DNA from: Raillietiella orientalis
Taxonomy: Eukaryota
NCBI GenBank assembly: GCA_036172245.1
Contig: JAYWIR010000006.1
Coordinates: forward strand, 2,294,001 to 2,358,000
Length of the DNA stretch: 64,000 nt
Reading direction: 5' to 3'
Shown: positions 25,694 to 38,200 of the stretch, piece after piece
Layout: the number at the start of each line of letters is the position of its first letter
Position numbering within the stretch: position 1 is the first letter of the stretch
Notes under the pieces: model-generated
What the model was told of the DNA's origin: nothing
The model's input: only the letters and a program-made list of their open reading frames with translations
The model's database searches: none
Translations under genes and position numbers: made by a program

Positions 25694-27449
25694 AATATTT
25701 CATTGATGTTTCTCTGTAATTTTTCTTTATTTCCGTGTCGTTTACCCCGCTGTCAAGTGCGAGCAGATGGAGACGAGCAGAACCCCCCACCCCGCCCCGC
25801 CCCACCCATCCATTCAGGGGAGAAGAAACCACGCCAACCGGCATGGGGCATACGGGCTCGCTGTCGAATCGAAGCGCGGGTGCGTCTCGGCGGTCCACAG
25901 TCCACTAGCGTGTGCGTTTTTGCCGTGGAGCCAGCCGCCTGGCTCGTCGCGAGGGTCCCGCCGCGTTCGTCTCCAGGTTTGGAAACCGTGTTCCCCCTCA
26001 CCCCCCTGGCACTGCTGCCGGTGAGCGATGCTGCCCCGGCGAGAGCCGGGGTTCGAGGACCACCGCTGCTTGGTGGTCGTAGGGCGCGCTTTTCGTGTGC
26101 TCCCCTCCCTTCCCCCCCCCCCCCCCTCGCGTCTAGGAACGGGTGGATGCTTCCCACGACGGAAGCAGTTCCATGAGCACGGCGCGCAGGTGCGGTGCAG
26201 TTCTGTGAACGTTATCCTCTGTTTCGGTCGTAGGGGTCACCCGTGCGCCGGGTTTCCTTTTCTGGTACCATCATCGTCGGCATTGGATGGTTTCGTTGTA
26301 GGTTTCATAGGGAAAAAAAGGGACGAATTTGTTGCGTTTTGCCAGGAGTGTCGGAGGCTGTCCATTCCAGAAGCACACTGTCGCACGAAAAGTTGTCCGC
26401 GGAGTGTACAGTGTCGATCCCGTAGCTCGCCCGAGTCCTGGATGAGTTTGCAAAAGTGGGAGCCCATGAATTGCTGCTGAGAGAGAGCGGAAAGTCGGAG
26501 AAGCAAGGAGGAGGAGGAGCGCTCGGAAGCAGCGCCCAGAGGAAGACGTGTGGCCTTCGCACTTGCAGCTGCTGCGATCTCCCGTGCTGACCTTTTCTGG
26601 CGAAACGGTGTTTCTGGTGTGCTGCAAAGAAGGAAGAAGAAGGCAAGCTGCTGACCGAGCTCGTTCTCCGACTCGCATGGCAATCGGTCATTACGTGCGT
26701 CAGAAAAATGGCCCCCGGAGACGAACGGTCGGATTCCATGGTAGCGCGTGGAATCCAAGATCCAGATCCGAGTCGCAAACGTAGAGAGGAGCGGTGGGAA
26801 TGGAAGAAGAGGCAAATGCCAGCGCCCTGTTGCTCCAGCGTGTGCCCCATGGAAACGGGTAGTCGGAAATCCCTTCGCGTTTGTTGCTTCCAGCTGCCAT
26901 TTGCTGAAACAGCACCACCGCAAGCAGATAAACCCTCGACCTCGTAGCTGGATCCACGTGGTCTAAGGTTCCCCAGTTGTGTTTTTGAGATCTTGCGGTC
27001 TCATCCACGGACGTATTGCAAGAGTGACGTCGAAAGAAGCAGTCGGTGCCTTTGTGGGCTCAGCGGTGCGATTCCCCCTTTCCCCCCCCCCCCTCCCCAA
27101 CCGCATGCGATTCGTGGAACGGTTCTCTTACACACACACACACACTCGTACGTGCTTCAGGTAGTACGGTTCTTAAGAAGGATGTTAACGTGGACTCGGA
27201 TGTGCATTCCTTTGAAAAAAAAAAAAAAAATAAAAAAAAAACTTCTTCCCCCACCCCCCCGTCACCGGTGCGAACGAATGTCCTTCCAGTAGTTGGTCTC
27301 ATCTCATTGCATTTCACCCGGACAGTTTTTCGCTCAAAACCAGTTTCACCCTTGCAAATTTCTGCATGCAAATCTTTTCTTTTCAGAACATTTGTCTGTT
27401 TTCTGGAATCACAGATCAGAGTTCGGGGTTTCGACCTCATTCAACTGGC

Positions 27450-28330
27450 AGAAAATGCCGACAGATTCAATGAGACGGCTGTAGGCAGTTTTCAAGCAGT
27501 TCCTTTTATAGCGCCACGCGTAAGAATACCGAGTGAGCAGTGCCGTTGAGCAGTGGAGGCGGATGACTTCCCATTGCCCAGTTTTCTCCCTTAACGCCAT
27601 GGAAAAGGAATCCCGGAAAGTGGCCGGACCGATCCATGAGTGAGGCGCTTGGTCCGCTGCTAGCCCCAACGCAGCCCACCGCTGTGGACGATTTTACCCT
27701 TCCTCGCACTCGCCGTATCCCCAGCATAAGCACCACCACTCTTCGGAAAGAAGCGAACGTCTGTTTCTGGTTTATGCATGCACAGTGTTTGTGTATTCAT
27801 GTGTTCCGTACGAAACGGGAAAGGAAAAACCCATAAGCTGGTTCGGGGACCATGTACATCGAAATACACATCTAGCAAATGTTGTTTCACATGTGCGGCA
27901 TATGGGAACGCAGTGCGCTCTCGGTCCGCACGCAGCGCAGTGTGTGTTCATCCGCTCCTTTCGTCGTATCCTTCCAGGATCCCTAGCCTTCCGGACTGCG
28001 TACGCTCCAGCTTTCCTTGCCCGAATGCAGTGAAACATTCCGTCGTTGAGTTCCAAGTAGAAGGCTGACGCCAAGGTGATGACGCCGTCGCGCCTCTCCT
28101 TACGCCATCCTCATCTGCTAACCTGGATGACATCTCTTCTCAGGACCGCTGCTGGTTCCCTCGAATCAAAGAGACTGCGCCCCCGTGCCGATTTCGTACA
28201 CAGCCGGCTCTCATCCGGCTTGGTCCCACAAAATTCACATGCGCTGACGGTGAAGCCATGGAGACTGCCCTACTGCGTGAAGCGCACCGCCCTCTTGTCG
28301 TCCGCGAACTCCCAAGGACGCTGAAATTTT
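27450..28330 (-). mobile_element. Decayed RTE-like RT fragment
   Basis: SSRLADEDGVRRGATASSP (cf. SxxFxxxxGVRQGxxLSP) is followed at plausible spacing by LGILEGYDE (cf. LxYADD). Frameshifted, with approximate boundaries. Confidence 0.45.
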
Positions 28331-31300
28331 CAGTTCCAGTTTTTCGTGCTTAACGCACACGAAGGCTTCCCAAGTCCAAAGTTCTGCTGCGAGGCAGAGC
28401 TCCCTGTTCCCCCCACTGGTCGGTCATCCCCCTTTTCCGGCCCTGTCTCCGGCGGCCCAAGCCGAAACCTCTGGATGGATGGCCTGCAGGGGGGCAACGC
28501 CACCCACCGACTTCGCCACGCGGCGGCGGAGACCCGGCGCAACTTTCCAGTCCGGATGCGACGACGCCTTTTTCCAGCAAGCCGCGGCGGATCTGCCTCT
28601 GGGGTGATTTGTCTCCAGGCGTGACCCGAGGTGACGTCCTGCCGAGACGCGCGCGATCCCGCCACTCCCGTCCCAACCTTGAACGTCCGTTGCCTGCCGA
28701 GTCCGGTACCGCATCCGCCCGCCGCCGTACTGCGAGCGTCCCTCCCTGCGGGGGAATCGGCGGCAATTCGTTGCGTGCCGCGGCCGCCGGCTTGGCGCAG
28801 CGAGCGCCGCCCGTCCGGGCGACCCGACCGACCCCTGCGCCTGCCTGGCTGGCTGGCTGCCCTGCTCGAAGGAGGACCTCGCACGACGACGACGGGGAGG
28901 GAACGGCGCCGCCGACGTCCTCCTGGCGCGCTGTCCCCTCCCCCATCCCCCGAACGCACGCATCGCGGCGAAGGCGTGGGGAAGGGGGAAAGGATCGGTG
29001 GGTTCGCCTCCGCCCCGGGCAGCGTCGGCAGGCTGCCAGAAGTCGTGCGCGCACACGAATCCGTCTGAAGGAATGAATGCTGATGCGGGATAACGGACGA
29101 TGGCGGCGGCGAGCTCCTTTTCGCTCGTTTCTTGCCGTGGGGCCGGTCGCAGCGAGGACGCGGACGGCGGCAGCGGGGAGAGGGGAGCGAGGGAAGACGA
29201 GGAGTGGGGGGGAGGTGGCGGCCCACCGACCTGCGCGCACGCCCGTGGCTGGAGCGGCGAGTGCGGTCGGTGGACGCGTGGCCACCGCGGAGTGCCGCGG
29301 TCGCGGTCGCGGAAGCCGTGCGGCTGCAGCCGGCCGGTCGTCTGGGGGAACAGCTGAGGCTGTTTTGCCGACGCCGGCGGGCGGTGATTGGTGAGCGATG
29401 CGCGCGCGCCCTTCCAGATCCCGTCCAAGTCGTCTTGGGGGTGCCGAGTTGTTCCGCGGCCGTCCATTGTTCTCACTCTCCCGCGTCCCTCTTTCTCGGA
29501 ATGCGTCCATTCGTGCTCCGAACGAGGCTTCCTGTTTTCTCCTGTCGCTCGAAAGGGGGGAGGAAAACAGGAGCGGTCCCGGGAAGCGAGAATACGTTTC
29601 TCCTGAAGCGTTCGGTGGAAGAGGAGGGGAGGTGCGCTTGCAAGGTTTCCGAAATCTTCTTCGGTGGTTTCGCTTCTCGCTGCTCCCCTCTTCCGCCATG
29701 ACCCGCCGCTCGTCCTGTCCGATGCCGTCTTGGCGATGTTTGTCTTTCGACCAAGTACACCGCAGAGCAAACAAGTGATTGCTGCTCCCGTCGACTGTTA
29801 AAACGCGCTGTTAAATGGAAACGCAACACGTGTCTCTGCTGCTGCATCGAATCGCGGGTCCTGCGGAGCCGAGGCGCCGTCTGCCGCTGCCGTCTGTGAC
29901 GACGGTTCCGAGAGCGGTCGCGAGGAAGGGCATACCGGCATCCGGGGGCGAGCCGAGGGAAGGGAGACAGACGTGAGGGCGGAGGAGACGGAAAAGCGAA
30001 CCTGGGAAGATTCCGCGAAGTGCGGGGAAAGCAGGACAAGCGCGGAAGGGGAGGAACGCGTACCTGCCAGAATGGGGAAACGCAGGTTCGTTCTTCCTGA
30101 AAATAGGTGGTCTCCGCAGTCGGCAACGGCTTTCTCTCTCCCGCCCTCAGGTCACGCAGCCGAGTTGGCTGCCGGGAATCTCTTCAAGCAGTGGTGCGCG
30201 CGTAGAAGGAAAGGTCGCGTGCCCTTTTTTCTTTCCTTCCCCCTGCAGAGATTTGTGGATCGCTCGGTCGCTCCAGGATCTGGGGGTTCGGCTTTCCTCG
30301 ACTGCCGGCGCCGGGGCGCATGATTGTGAGCGAGCGGGAGACTGGCAACCGGGAACGCCCAGGGGGCGTTCGGGCGAAGCACGCTATCAGATGCGTCTTG
30401 GGAAGCGGAAATAAATCAGCGTACCGAGGAGCCCTCATGGGAAGAGCAGATCTTTTCCTCGGGCGACCGCCGTTCCTGAGGTCGCTGCGAGGGCACGGGT
30501 CTGCCTGCCACTCTTCGCGCGCCACAGAAGACGAGAGCGACACCACACTTTCCAAGAGAGGAAGGAGGAGGAGGAGAGGAGGAGTTCGCGTTGGTCCGTG
30601 CGGATGGATACCGGCGCGACGTTTCCAGAGCTCGTGAACGTCTGAGCGGCCCCAGGGACGACGGCATGCGTTCTCCCCCCGGGGAGACCGGAAGAACGCG
30701 GCGCCCGCGTTCTTGTGCGCGGACGGGGATTGCGGGACTCTGCGAGACTTCAGGGAAAAGTTTTCCAGAGGTTGACTCTGTGCGGGGTGGGGGTGGGGAG
30801 GAAGCCCGAAAGGTGGCTGCAGCGGTAGACCGACCTCTTTCGCTTGATTGGGCTGGCGAGAGTTCCAGTGGAAGGACCGCACCCATGGCTCCCACGTCGA
30901 GGAGGATTGCTGGAAGTCCCTCCGCGGGTCGTGGGGCTCAGGAACGAGCGAGGAAGGTTGTTCTTCGCCGTGTTGTGTTAAGCGCTCTGCAAAACAGGGA
31001 GGGATGCCGCCACCCGTTTCCTGCGTTGCATGCGCACGTCCGGGAGTCGGAGCGAAGGAGCGCTTGCCTCTCCCTTGCAGCAGCAGCATGAAGAGCAGAG
31101 TCTCCCTTGAAGTTTCCGTCGCGACGCGGGCGAATGTTCTCCCCCGTTTGGGAGGCCCCGAGGCAGCTGCATCGACTGCCACCCCGTGCCGATCTTGCTG
31201 GGAGCGTGCTGGAAAACGTGAGAAGGGAAGTCGATTGCAAGAAGAGCCAAACGTTGGTCGCGGTGATGGCCGGATGCAGTCCGGCATCCTCCGTTACCAT

Positions 31301-34300
31301 GGAAGGGTGGCGACCGATCCCATATCGGACTTTCCTGTCTGGACGGCGACTGTGTAGCCGAGCAAAAAATAAAATAAAATAAAAATAAAAAAACGGCGCG
31401 CGCGCGCTCTGCGACATTGCCGAAGCCAGTGCGATAAATCATCGGAACTGGCACTTCTGCTTCCGTTGCCCCTGGCAAGGTTGGATCAAGGGATCAAGGT
31501 AGGTAGGTTCGCCACCGTGTTGGAAACGCGAGTTGCCTTGCAACGAATCTGCCCGCCCGCCCGGATGCTCTCGCTGCTGCCGTGCTCGGCGCGGCTCCTC
31601 CCGAGCGCGCGCGCGCGCGTCGACGGCTTGTCTTTTTTGCTCGTCGTGCTCGCGTACAAGTGCACACGTCGCTTGCGAACAAAGCGAGCTGCCCTCCCCC
31701 CCCCCCCCGTCCCTTCCCCGATGATGGGTCTTGGAAGACGTGCGCGTGCATCTTTCGTCGCTTTGATCTGATCGAGATAACGTGGGACGGTTCCTCTTCC
31801 GCGCGCGGGTGTTTTCGAGGGAGGACTCGGGTGCGCCCACACCCACGCGGGGCGCCCCGAAGGTTTACCTCTCCTGGCCTCGTCGGACGTTTGTCCGTTT
31901 TCCCCGGGGTCTGTTGCATTTCCCCTATGTGTGGGGTGGGGGTGGGGTGGGGTTCCCCGCCCCTGCGCCCGCGGAAGTGTGTCCCTCCTTGGCATCTGTC
32001 TCCCGTGATCACGAGCACTCCTTAGCCGGGAACGCGCTTCGCAGGGCAGTGGCGGACGAGGGACAGACTCCTCGCTTAAGGGGAAGTTTCGTGACGTCGA
32101 CAGCGGTTTCACACCCGGTTGCTCCGGGCGGCAGGTTCCGAGAACGCTCGGAAGCTGCCGAGTAACCGGCACGCAGGCCGGCGAGGTTTGCCTCGGTAGC
32201 AGGAAGGGGGGGGGGGGGGAGAGGAGCAAACGAAAAGAAAAACCAAAAAAAAACAAAACCCCCCATGTACAAAAAATGGGAGGGTTGGGGAAGGGATCAC
32301 ATTCCGCCGGAGGCCGTCCTCACGTCGATAGCGGTGAAGCGGCCACACCCTACGGAAGATTGCCGTCCGCTCGCCGGTCTGTATTCGCGCAGAGACCGAA
32401 CTTTTCCACTCTTCTCACCCGGGTGCGCCGGGGCGTTTAGTCTTTCGAACAAAACAAATCGAGAGTCTGTGGCTCAACCAGTGGTCCAGCCACGTGCGAA
32501 CAAACAATAGCGAGCCTGCCGGGTCACCGGTTCGCAGACCGGTACGGTCCACTTTTCCACGCGGACCGGCAGCAGAGAACGAATTTTCCGCCCGGAATTT
32601 TCCCCGAGATCCGCTTGCCGACGTGTCGCTGCTGACGAGTTCCTCATCGCCCCGGGCGGTCCCGCCCGCATCCAGGATATGCGTGGAGCCGCAGCGCGTG
32701 TGAATGCGCGTGCGCGCCGCCATCCCCGGAGGGTCGAGGAGGCAGATCCGCCCGTGGAACCGCTGCTCTCCCTCCGCATCGCGGTCGGCGGCTTTGCCTG
32801 GGGTTGCAGCGGCGGCGCAGATGCTCGTTGACGTCGGCGAGGCGCCGTGGCACTCTCTGTTTGCAAAGCCTCGACCACCGGAAGGCGAGCCGGGGGCGGG
32901 TGGTAGACGGAAGCGAGCGCGCCGCCCCTACGTCCGCCGCAGAGGCGCCTCAGCGTCCTCTCGAGGAACGCCAGCCGCCGTTGCCATCCGGGTGCATCGC
33001 GTGCGACGTCCAGCATCCGAGCGAACCTCCCGGACTCGCGCCGGATTTTCCTCGGCGCCAGCTCCGAGACGGCGACGCGGCGCCCCCTCGGCCAAGCCCC
33101 CGGTGCCTCGGATCTCCTTCGTCTCGGGTGGAACGGACGGAACGCGGTCCGCTTCCTCCCCTTCCCTTTTCGGATCTGGGGCTGGTAGGACAGTTCGGGG
33201 GGAGCGCGACCCGAGGTTATCCTCTTTCCGGTGGCTTGCGCGGAAGCGGCCGTGATGGAGCGACAGGAAAGGAAGAGAGGAACAGGGAGATCTGACAGCA
33301 GCCCTCCGTCGAGCTCTCTCGTAGGTCGGGGGATGATGCTCTGTGCAACGCGGAAGAACTGGATGGGATGCACCTCTCCTATCCAGGATGCATTCCCGGC
33401 GGGCGGGTGCGGCTCTCCCCGGAGCGCTGCCTCCCGTTTCCTCTTGGTGTCGAGACACGGAAGGATTGAGGTTGGAGAAGAGTGGAGGGAGGGAGGGAGG
33501 GAGGAGGAGGAGAAATGGGGGACGAGAGGGCGGACGGGAGGAGGGGGAGGAATGGGGGAAGGGAGGCCGTGATACTTCTGCTTGCGGAGCCGCGGGGGGA
33601 TGAAGTGGTACGGGAATTCTTCACAGTGGCAGGGCTTTGCGGGCACCGCCATCACGGTTACGTGGAATGAAGGGGAAATTCCTTCTTCATGTAGAGCTCT
33701 TCCCTCCTCCACTTCTCTTCCTTCGCTTTGCTGCAGCCACTCTCCTCCAATTCCCTTTTCTTCCGTTCCTTTTCCTCCTCCCCTCATCCATCCTCTCTTC
33801 TCTTTCCCCCCCTTACTACTCCCCCTCCTCCCCCTTACCCACTCTTCGCCGATCTCAGCTTTCGATGTCTTCTTCCGCCGTCTCCGTTGTGCTCATTCAA
33901 CCGCGCCTTCTCGGCCCCCCGCCTTTCGTGGTCCACGGGTTCTTCTCACACCCGCGCCGCTGCTCACGTAACCCCATCGCGGTCGTCCTTCGCCTGACGG
34001 CAGAATGGGAATAAAAAAGGAGGAAGGACCGGGATGCGGCGACAGCAGTGCCGTTCCTTCGGGAGTGCCGGAATCCCCGGAGGTCCGGGATGCCGCCCGT
34101 GGCCGCGAGAAGGACCCTGGGCCGAGCACCGGCAGCAGCCTCCCGGGCAGGTCGTCGTCGCCCCCGGGAAGCCGGGCAGGTCCCGGGGGGAACCTAGGGG
34201 GAAGAGGGAAGGAACGGCTGCAGTTTCCGCCGTCCGTCCCGGCACGCGGGCTCCCCAGTCGGGTAGGGCTCGTCCTGGGCGGCTGCTCGGTTCCTCCCTT

Positions 34301-37051
34301 CCTGTGCGCGGGACCACCCACGCAGCGAGCCCGTCCCGGAAGGCTGCGGTGCGCGAGGTGGAGAATTCTCCTCGTGAAGAGAAATCGCCCCTGGGCGTCT
34401 GCGACGTTTCCCCGTTGGGTCACCACTGGAGGCCGCGTCCGGGTGTCGGGTGCTCCCAAGAAGAAGGGGGTGGGGTAGAGGGCCTACGATCCGTCCCCGG
34501 AACCGCCTGCTTGCAGGGGCGCTGTTTCCCGGCCTCGGCTACGAGGGCTGTATTCGTCTGTTCCACGGCAGCACGCAGCACCGCCGCCCATCGGTTCCTG
34601 CCGACCGGAGTTCCCGGAAGGGTAACTGGCGCCTTGACCTCCGCAGATCGACCACCGGTATCCCCCCCACGCGCGCCTCCTCGCGGTCGTCGACGACGCC
34701 TCCCACCCTGGCGCTTGCCAGGGGACCCCGCGGCTGGTGGAACCCCTCGCCCGGTCTCCGAGAGCGTGGGTCTCCGCGGCGGCCTCCCTAAAGGGCGCCT
34801 GCAGCAGTGCCATCCGGCGGATCGTGTCAGAACAAGAGCTGTTCGCTTCCCCCCCTCCTCCCTTCCGACGCGTTCTGGAGGAGCGCTGCGGGCCGTTTCC
34901 GGAGCCGCAGGAAGGGCTCTCCAGCCTCTAGAGATGCACTGTTCCGCGGGGAAGGGAGGGGGTAGCAGGAAACCGGCCAGGGGCCGCAGAGCAGCTCGAC
35001 GTTCCGAGACCGACGTTGTTGCGTGGTGACAGCTCGCCGGTCCCGGGGGCACCTCTCGAGGAAAGGGGGGAGGGGCAAACCAGCGCTGACTCGGTACACA
35101 CCGGCAGCACCCGCAGGCGGGAGAAGAGGTCGGTGGTCGGCGGGCTGTGCACGCGACGAAGGGGAGGCGGAAGAGGGGTGAAATGTCCTCGAGGAAGGGA
35201 CGGCACGTGCCTGCTCGTTTGCTACTGGAAGGTCCGGTGTCTCTGCCTGAGAGAGCTGCGGGGATGGGCATTGTGCGGAGGCCTCCCAAAGCCCGCGGGC
35301 AGGAGCAGCACTACCGCCGAGGTGCCCTTCGCAGGGAGGGCCTCAGGCGCCGGAAGCAACGAGAAGGAAGTGGCGCTCTGCCGGAGCCCTGCGTGGAAGG
35401 ACCGTGGCTCCTGCGTCGGTGGGATGACCCGCCCCTTCCGGTTGTCTTCCGGGTGACTTCGGGCGGCCCCTCTGCGATCGACCTGCGCTTCCTCCTCCGA
35501 GGCTCCCGAAAGTCACCGCAGCCTCGTGCTTTCCCTGGCCGGCCGTCTCCCAGGAGGGGGAGAGCGCCGTCGGGGAGTCCTTCACCGCCGGTTTGCGGAC
35601 GCGGAACCCGTAACCTCGAGGGCGCACTCTCCAAGAAGGATGCCGGAGGCTGCGAACGCTCCTCGGGGAAGTGGGCTGCTGCGGGGATGCCGACCGCTTC
35701 CCAGCCGGGTCCGTGCCTTGGGGCTGAGCAGGAGGAGACCCGCCCCTGAGTGCTCCAGGGGCCCAGCCAATGCGTTGGCGTCGCCACGAGCGAAGAGCTG
35801 GCGAAGTTTCTGAATAGCCAGGAGGCGGCACTCGGAGGTTTCCCGCCTTCGGGCGCGGGGCAGGCCGCCTGACATCCTTGCGGCCTGCGGCCTGCAGAGT
35901 AGCGGGGTCGTCGGCGCACCTCCCGCTGAGCTGCCGCCCGGCCCGGCCCTCCGTGCTTCCTTTCGCACCTGTCCGCATCCGGGCTGCACAAGGGGGCCGG
36001 ACCTTCGCCGACGCACGTAGAGTGGGAAAAACGCGTGACACTGCGAGCGACTCAGCTTTCCGGCGCGAAGCGTCCCTGCGCCCGCAACCACCCCTGCCTC
36101 CCCTCCGCGTTCCTTCCTTGCCTGCCGAAAGATCGCGCGACACTCGACCCGAGGAGGTCCCGCTTTCCCGGGAGAGCGGGAAGCGCTTGGAGGAGGAAAG
36201 GGCAGCGACGAAAGGGTTTGCCTTTTTCTTCTTCCGCCTCTTCCCAGGAGGCGCGCGCTCATGGCGCGAGGGATCTTCCGGGGGAGTCAGCCTCACGCCG
36301 CACAGGAAGCCCGAGCTGACCAGGGTCAGGCAGAAGGAAGAACGCATCTCCGGCCTCTCCCTGTCTCTACCGATTCCTGCATCTCTGGAGCTCCTCCCTC
36401 GAAGACAGGGCGCGAGGCGGCTCGAACGACGGTATTGGGGTCGCGGGGCGACGGCAGCCTGCAGCTGGCGCAGAGGGGCGGAAGTCCATGCTGAGGGCGG
36501 GCGCCTCCTTTGGCGCCGTCAAGCGTGCTGCTGCAGCTCAGAGTCCGCGGTGACCTCAGGTCTTAGTCAGGGCATGCGACACCTCGTCTTCCAGGGAATC
36601 GGAGCCACTGCTGCTTCCCTTCCCCCCCCCCACTCCTTTCCTGTCTGTTGCTGTGGGAGCGCGAGGTTCGCGGAGTGCCCCAGAACCGTTCGCCTTCTTA
36701 CGGGGAGCTCACGGAGCTCTTTGACCCTGTCCACACCACCCGGGGATGCGGGGTGACTCCGGAGGGAGCACCCTACGAGTCCAGGAAGGCTACGGATGAA
36801 GGGCACCGTTTCCCTCACTCTTTGGAGGGGAACCCCAAAGGGAACCTTCGCCTGGTTGTCTCCGAAGGGAACCACTTTTTCCTCATTCTCTCCGGAGGGA
36901 CCACTCGGTTTGTGGAAACCGTCCCTCGTTTCTTCTTCGGAGGAACCCCTCCCGAAGGGGTCTGCTCCTGGTTTCCTCCTTTGAAGAGCGCCTCCCGAAG
37001 GGAGCAGCACACTTCCTCACGTTCTGTAGAGTGGCACTCGATCCATCAGAT

Positions 37052-37094
37052 CTCCCTTCAGGGGGCACCCTCCATCGGGTGCCCCCTGAGGGAG
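37052..37094. repeat. Perfect inverted repeat, 13-bp stem (18 bp with one bulge), 6-nt loop
   Basis: TCAGGGGGCACCC (37058-37070), loop tccatc, GGGTGCCCCCTGA (37077-37089), flanked by CTCCC/GGGAG. Confidence 0.9.
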
Positions 37095-37522
37095 GAGACG
37101 GCAGCTCCATTAGCACGAGCAGAGGGGAACCCCGAAGGACTTCTTGATGTCCTGGAAGAACACCGGAAGGTCCACTTCCAATCTCGGCTGCCAGTCAGCA
37201 GGGGGATTCCGTCAGGCAGGTTCGGCCGTCACGCAGGCAGATGTCAGGGTCAGTGGGTCGTCCAAGGAGCGGGAGTGGCCAGGAAGCGAACCATTCCCTA
37301 GTCGCAGCAGTGTGGTTACGGGGAGGGCGCCCATCGACGCGAGGGAGGGAGCTGGATTACGGTGCCATCCCTTTTAAGAGATCCACAAGGTCGGACTGGA
37401 TGCCTCCGAAGCGGCCGCAAGGAAATTTTTCTGGCTCGGGGTGACTGCGGTGCGCGTCGATGGTGCGCAGTGCGGGGTCCGCTGGAGAGTGGCTGCGGAC
37501 TTCTTTCACGATGGTAGCGGGA

Positions 37523-37569
37523 ACAGTGGCAGGAGGGATCAAACGAGAGTTGGCCCCTCCTGCCACTGT
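37523..37569. repeat. Perfect inverted repeat, 15-bp stem, 17-nt loop
   Basis: ACAGTGGCAGGAGGG (37523-37537) pairs with CCCTCCTGCCACTGT (37555-37569). Confidence 0.92.
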
Positions 37570-38017
37570 GGAATGTGGTTGCAACTTATGTTAAGGGATC
37601 GTCGTGGATCAACGTGTGGTAGTAGGTGGTGGTGGTCTCGAGGGCGAAGTGCAGGAGTGGATTTCGTCTCCGTTCCTAAGGTTGTGGGTGTGTATGGGGA
37701 GGGGGGGGGACCGATGAAAAGGATGCGAACTGTGCGTCCTCGAGATTGGAAGGACGATCAGGAGACGCGGTGGGCTCCGCGTCATTTGCAGCTTCTTTTG
37801 GAGGGGCCTTCCGTATGCCAAGCGCGCGGATGGACAACAGCCGGAGGCGGCCGAAGCGCCTCGGTCCACTCGCCCAGAGGAGCTGCCACCGCGCCCCGAT
37901 CAGGGTTTCAGCGGTGCCTGGCCCGAGGGAGGCGTTCGGAGAACGCGGCTGGCAGGCGGTTACGGATCCTCGGTGGGCTGCTGGTAATCCATGGGCTGCA
38001 CAAATTATATTGGGACA

Positions 38018-38200
38018 GGAAGAGGATGAAGAAACGAGCATGGGGGAGAAGGAAGGGAGGGGGAGAAAGGGAAGGAGGGAGGAGGAGGAAGAGGAAGGGA
38101 GGGGGGAGGAGGAGGAAGAGAAGAGGAGGTGGAGGAAGAGAAAGGGAGGGAAGAGGAGGAAGAAAAAGGGAGGGAGGGGGAGGAAAAAGCGGAAAGAGGG
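38018..38200. repeat. Polypurine (GGA/GAA-rich) low-complexity tract
   Basis: Nearly pure A/G on the + strand. Confidence 0.9.

Noticed and set aside
26000..26075. tRNA or tRNA-derived SINE (GGTTCGAG B-box-like motif)
   Set aside because: There is no cloverleaf, no convincing A-box, and no second copy seen.
28330..29774. Long overlapping ORFs (474, 448 and 298 aa), and similar 200-440-aa ORFs at 5.5-6.9, 30-36.7 and 40-43 kb
   Set aside because: They are Arg/Pro/Gly/Ala-rich, open in several frames on both strands, and have no domain motifs. This is expected from stop-codon scarcity in very GC-rich DNA.
36567..37301. Endogenous narnavirus-like element (structured, GC-rich, ORFs on both strands)
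   Set aside because: There are no RdRp motifs (no DxxxxxD / G-x-x-M-G / GDD), the ORFs are short, and the minus frame contains stops.
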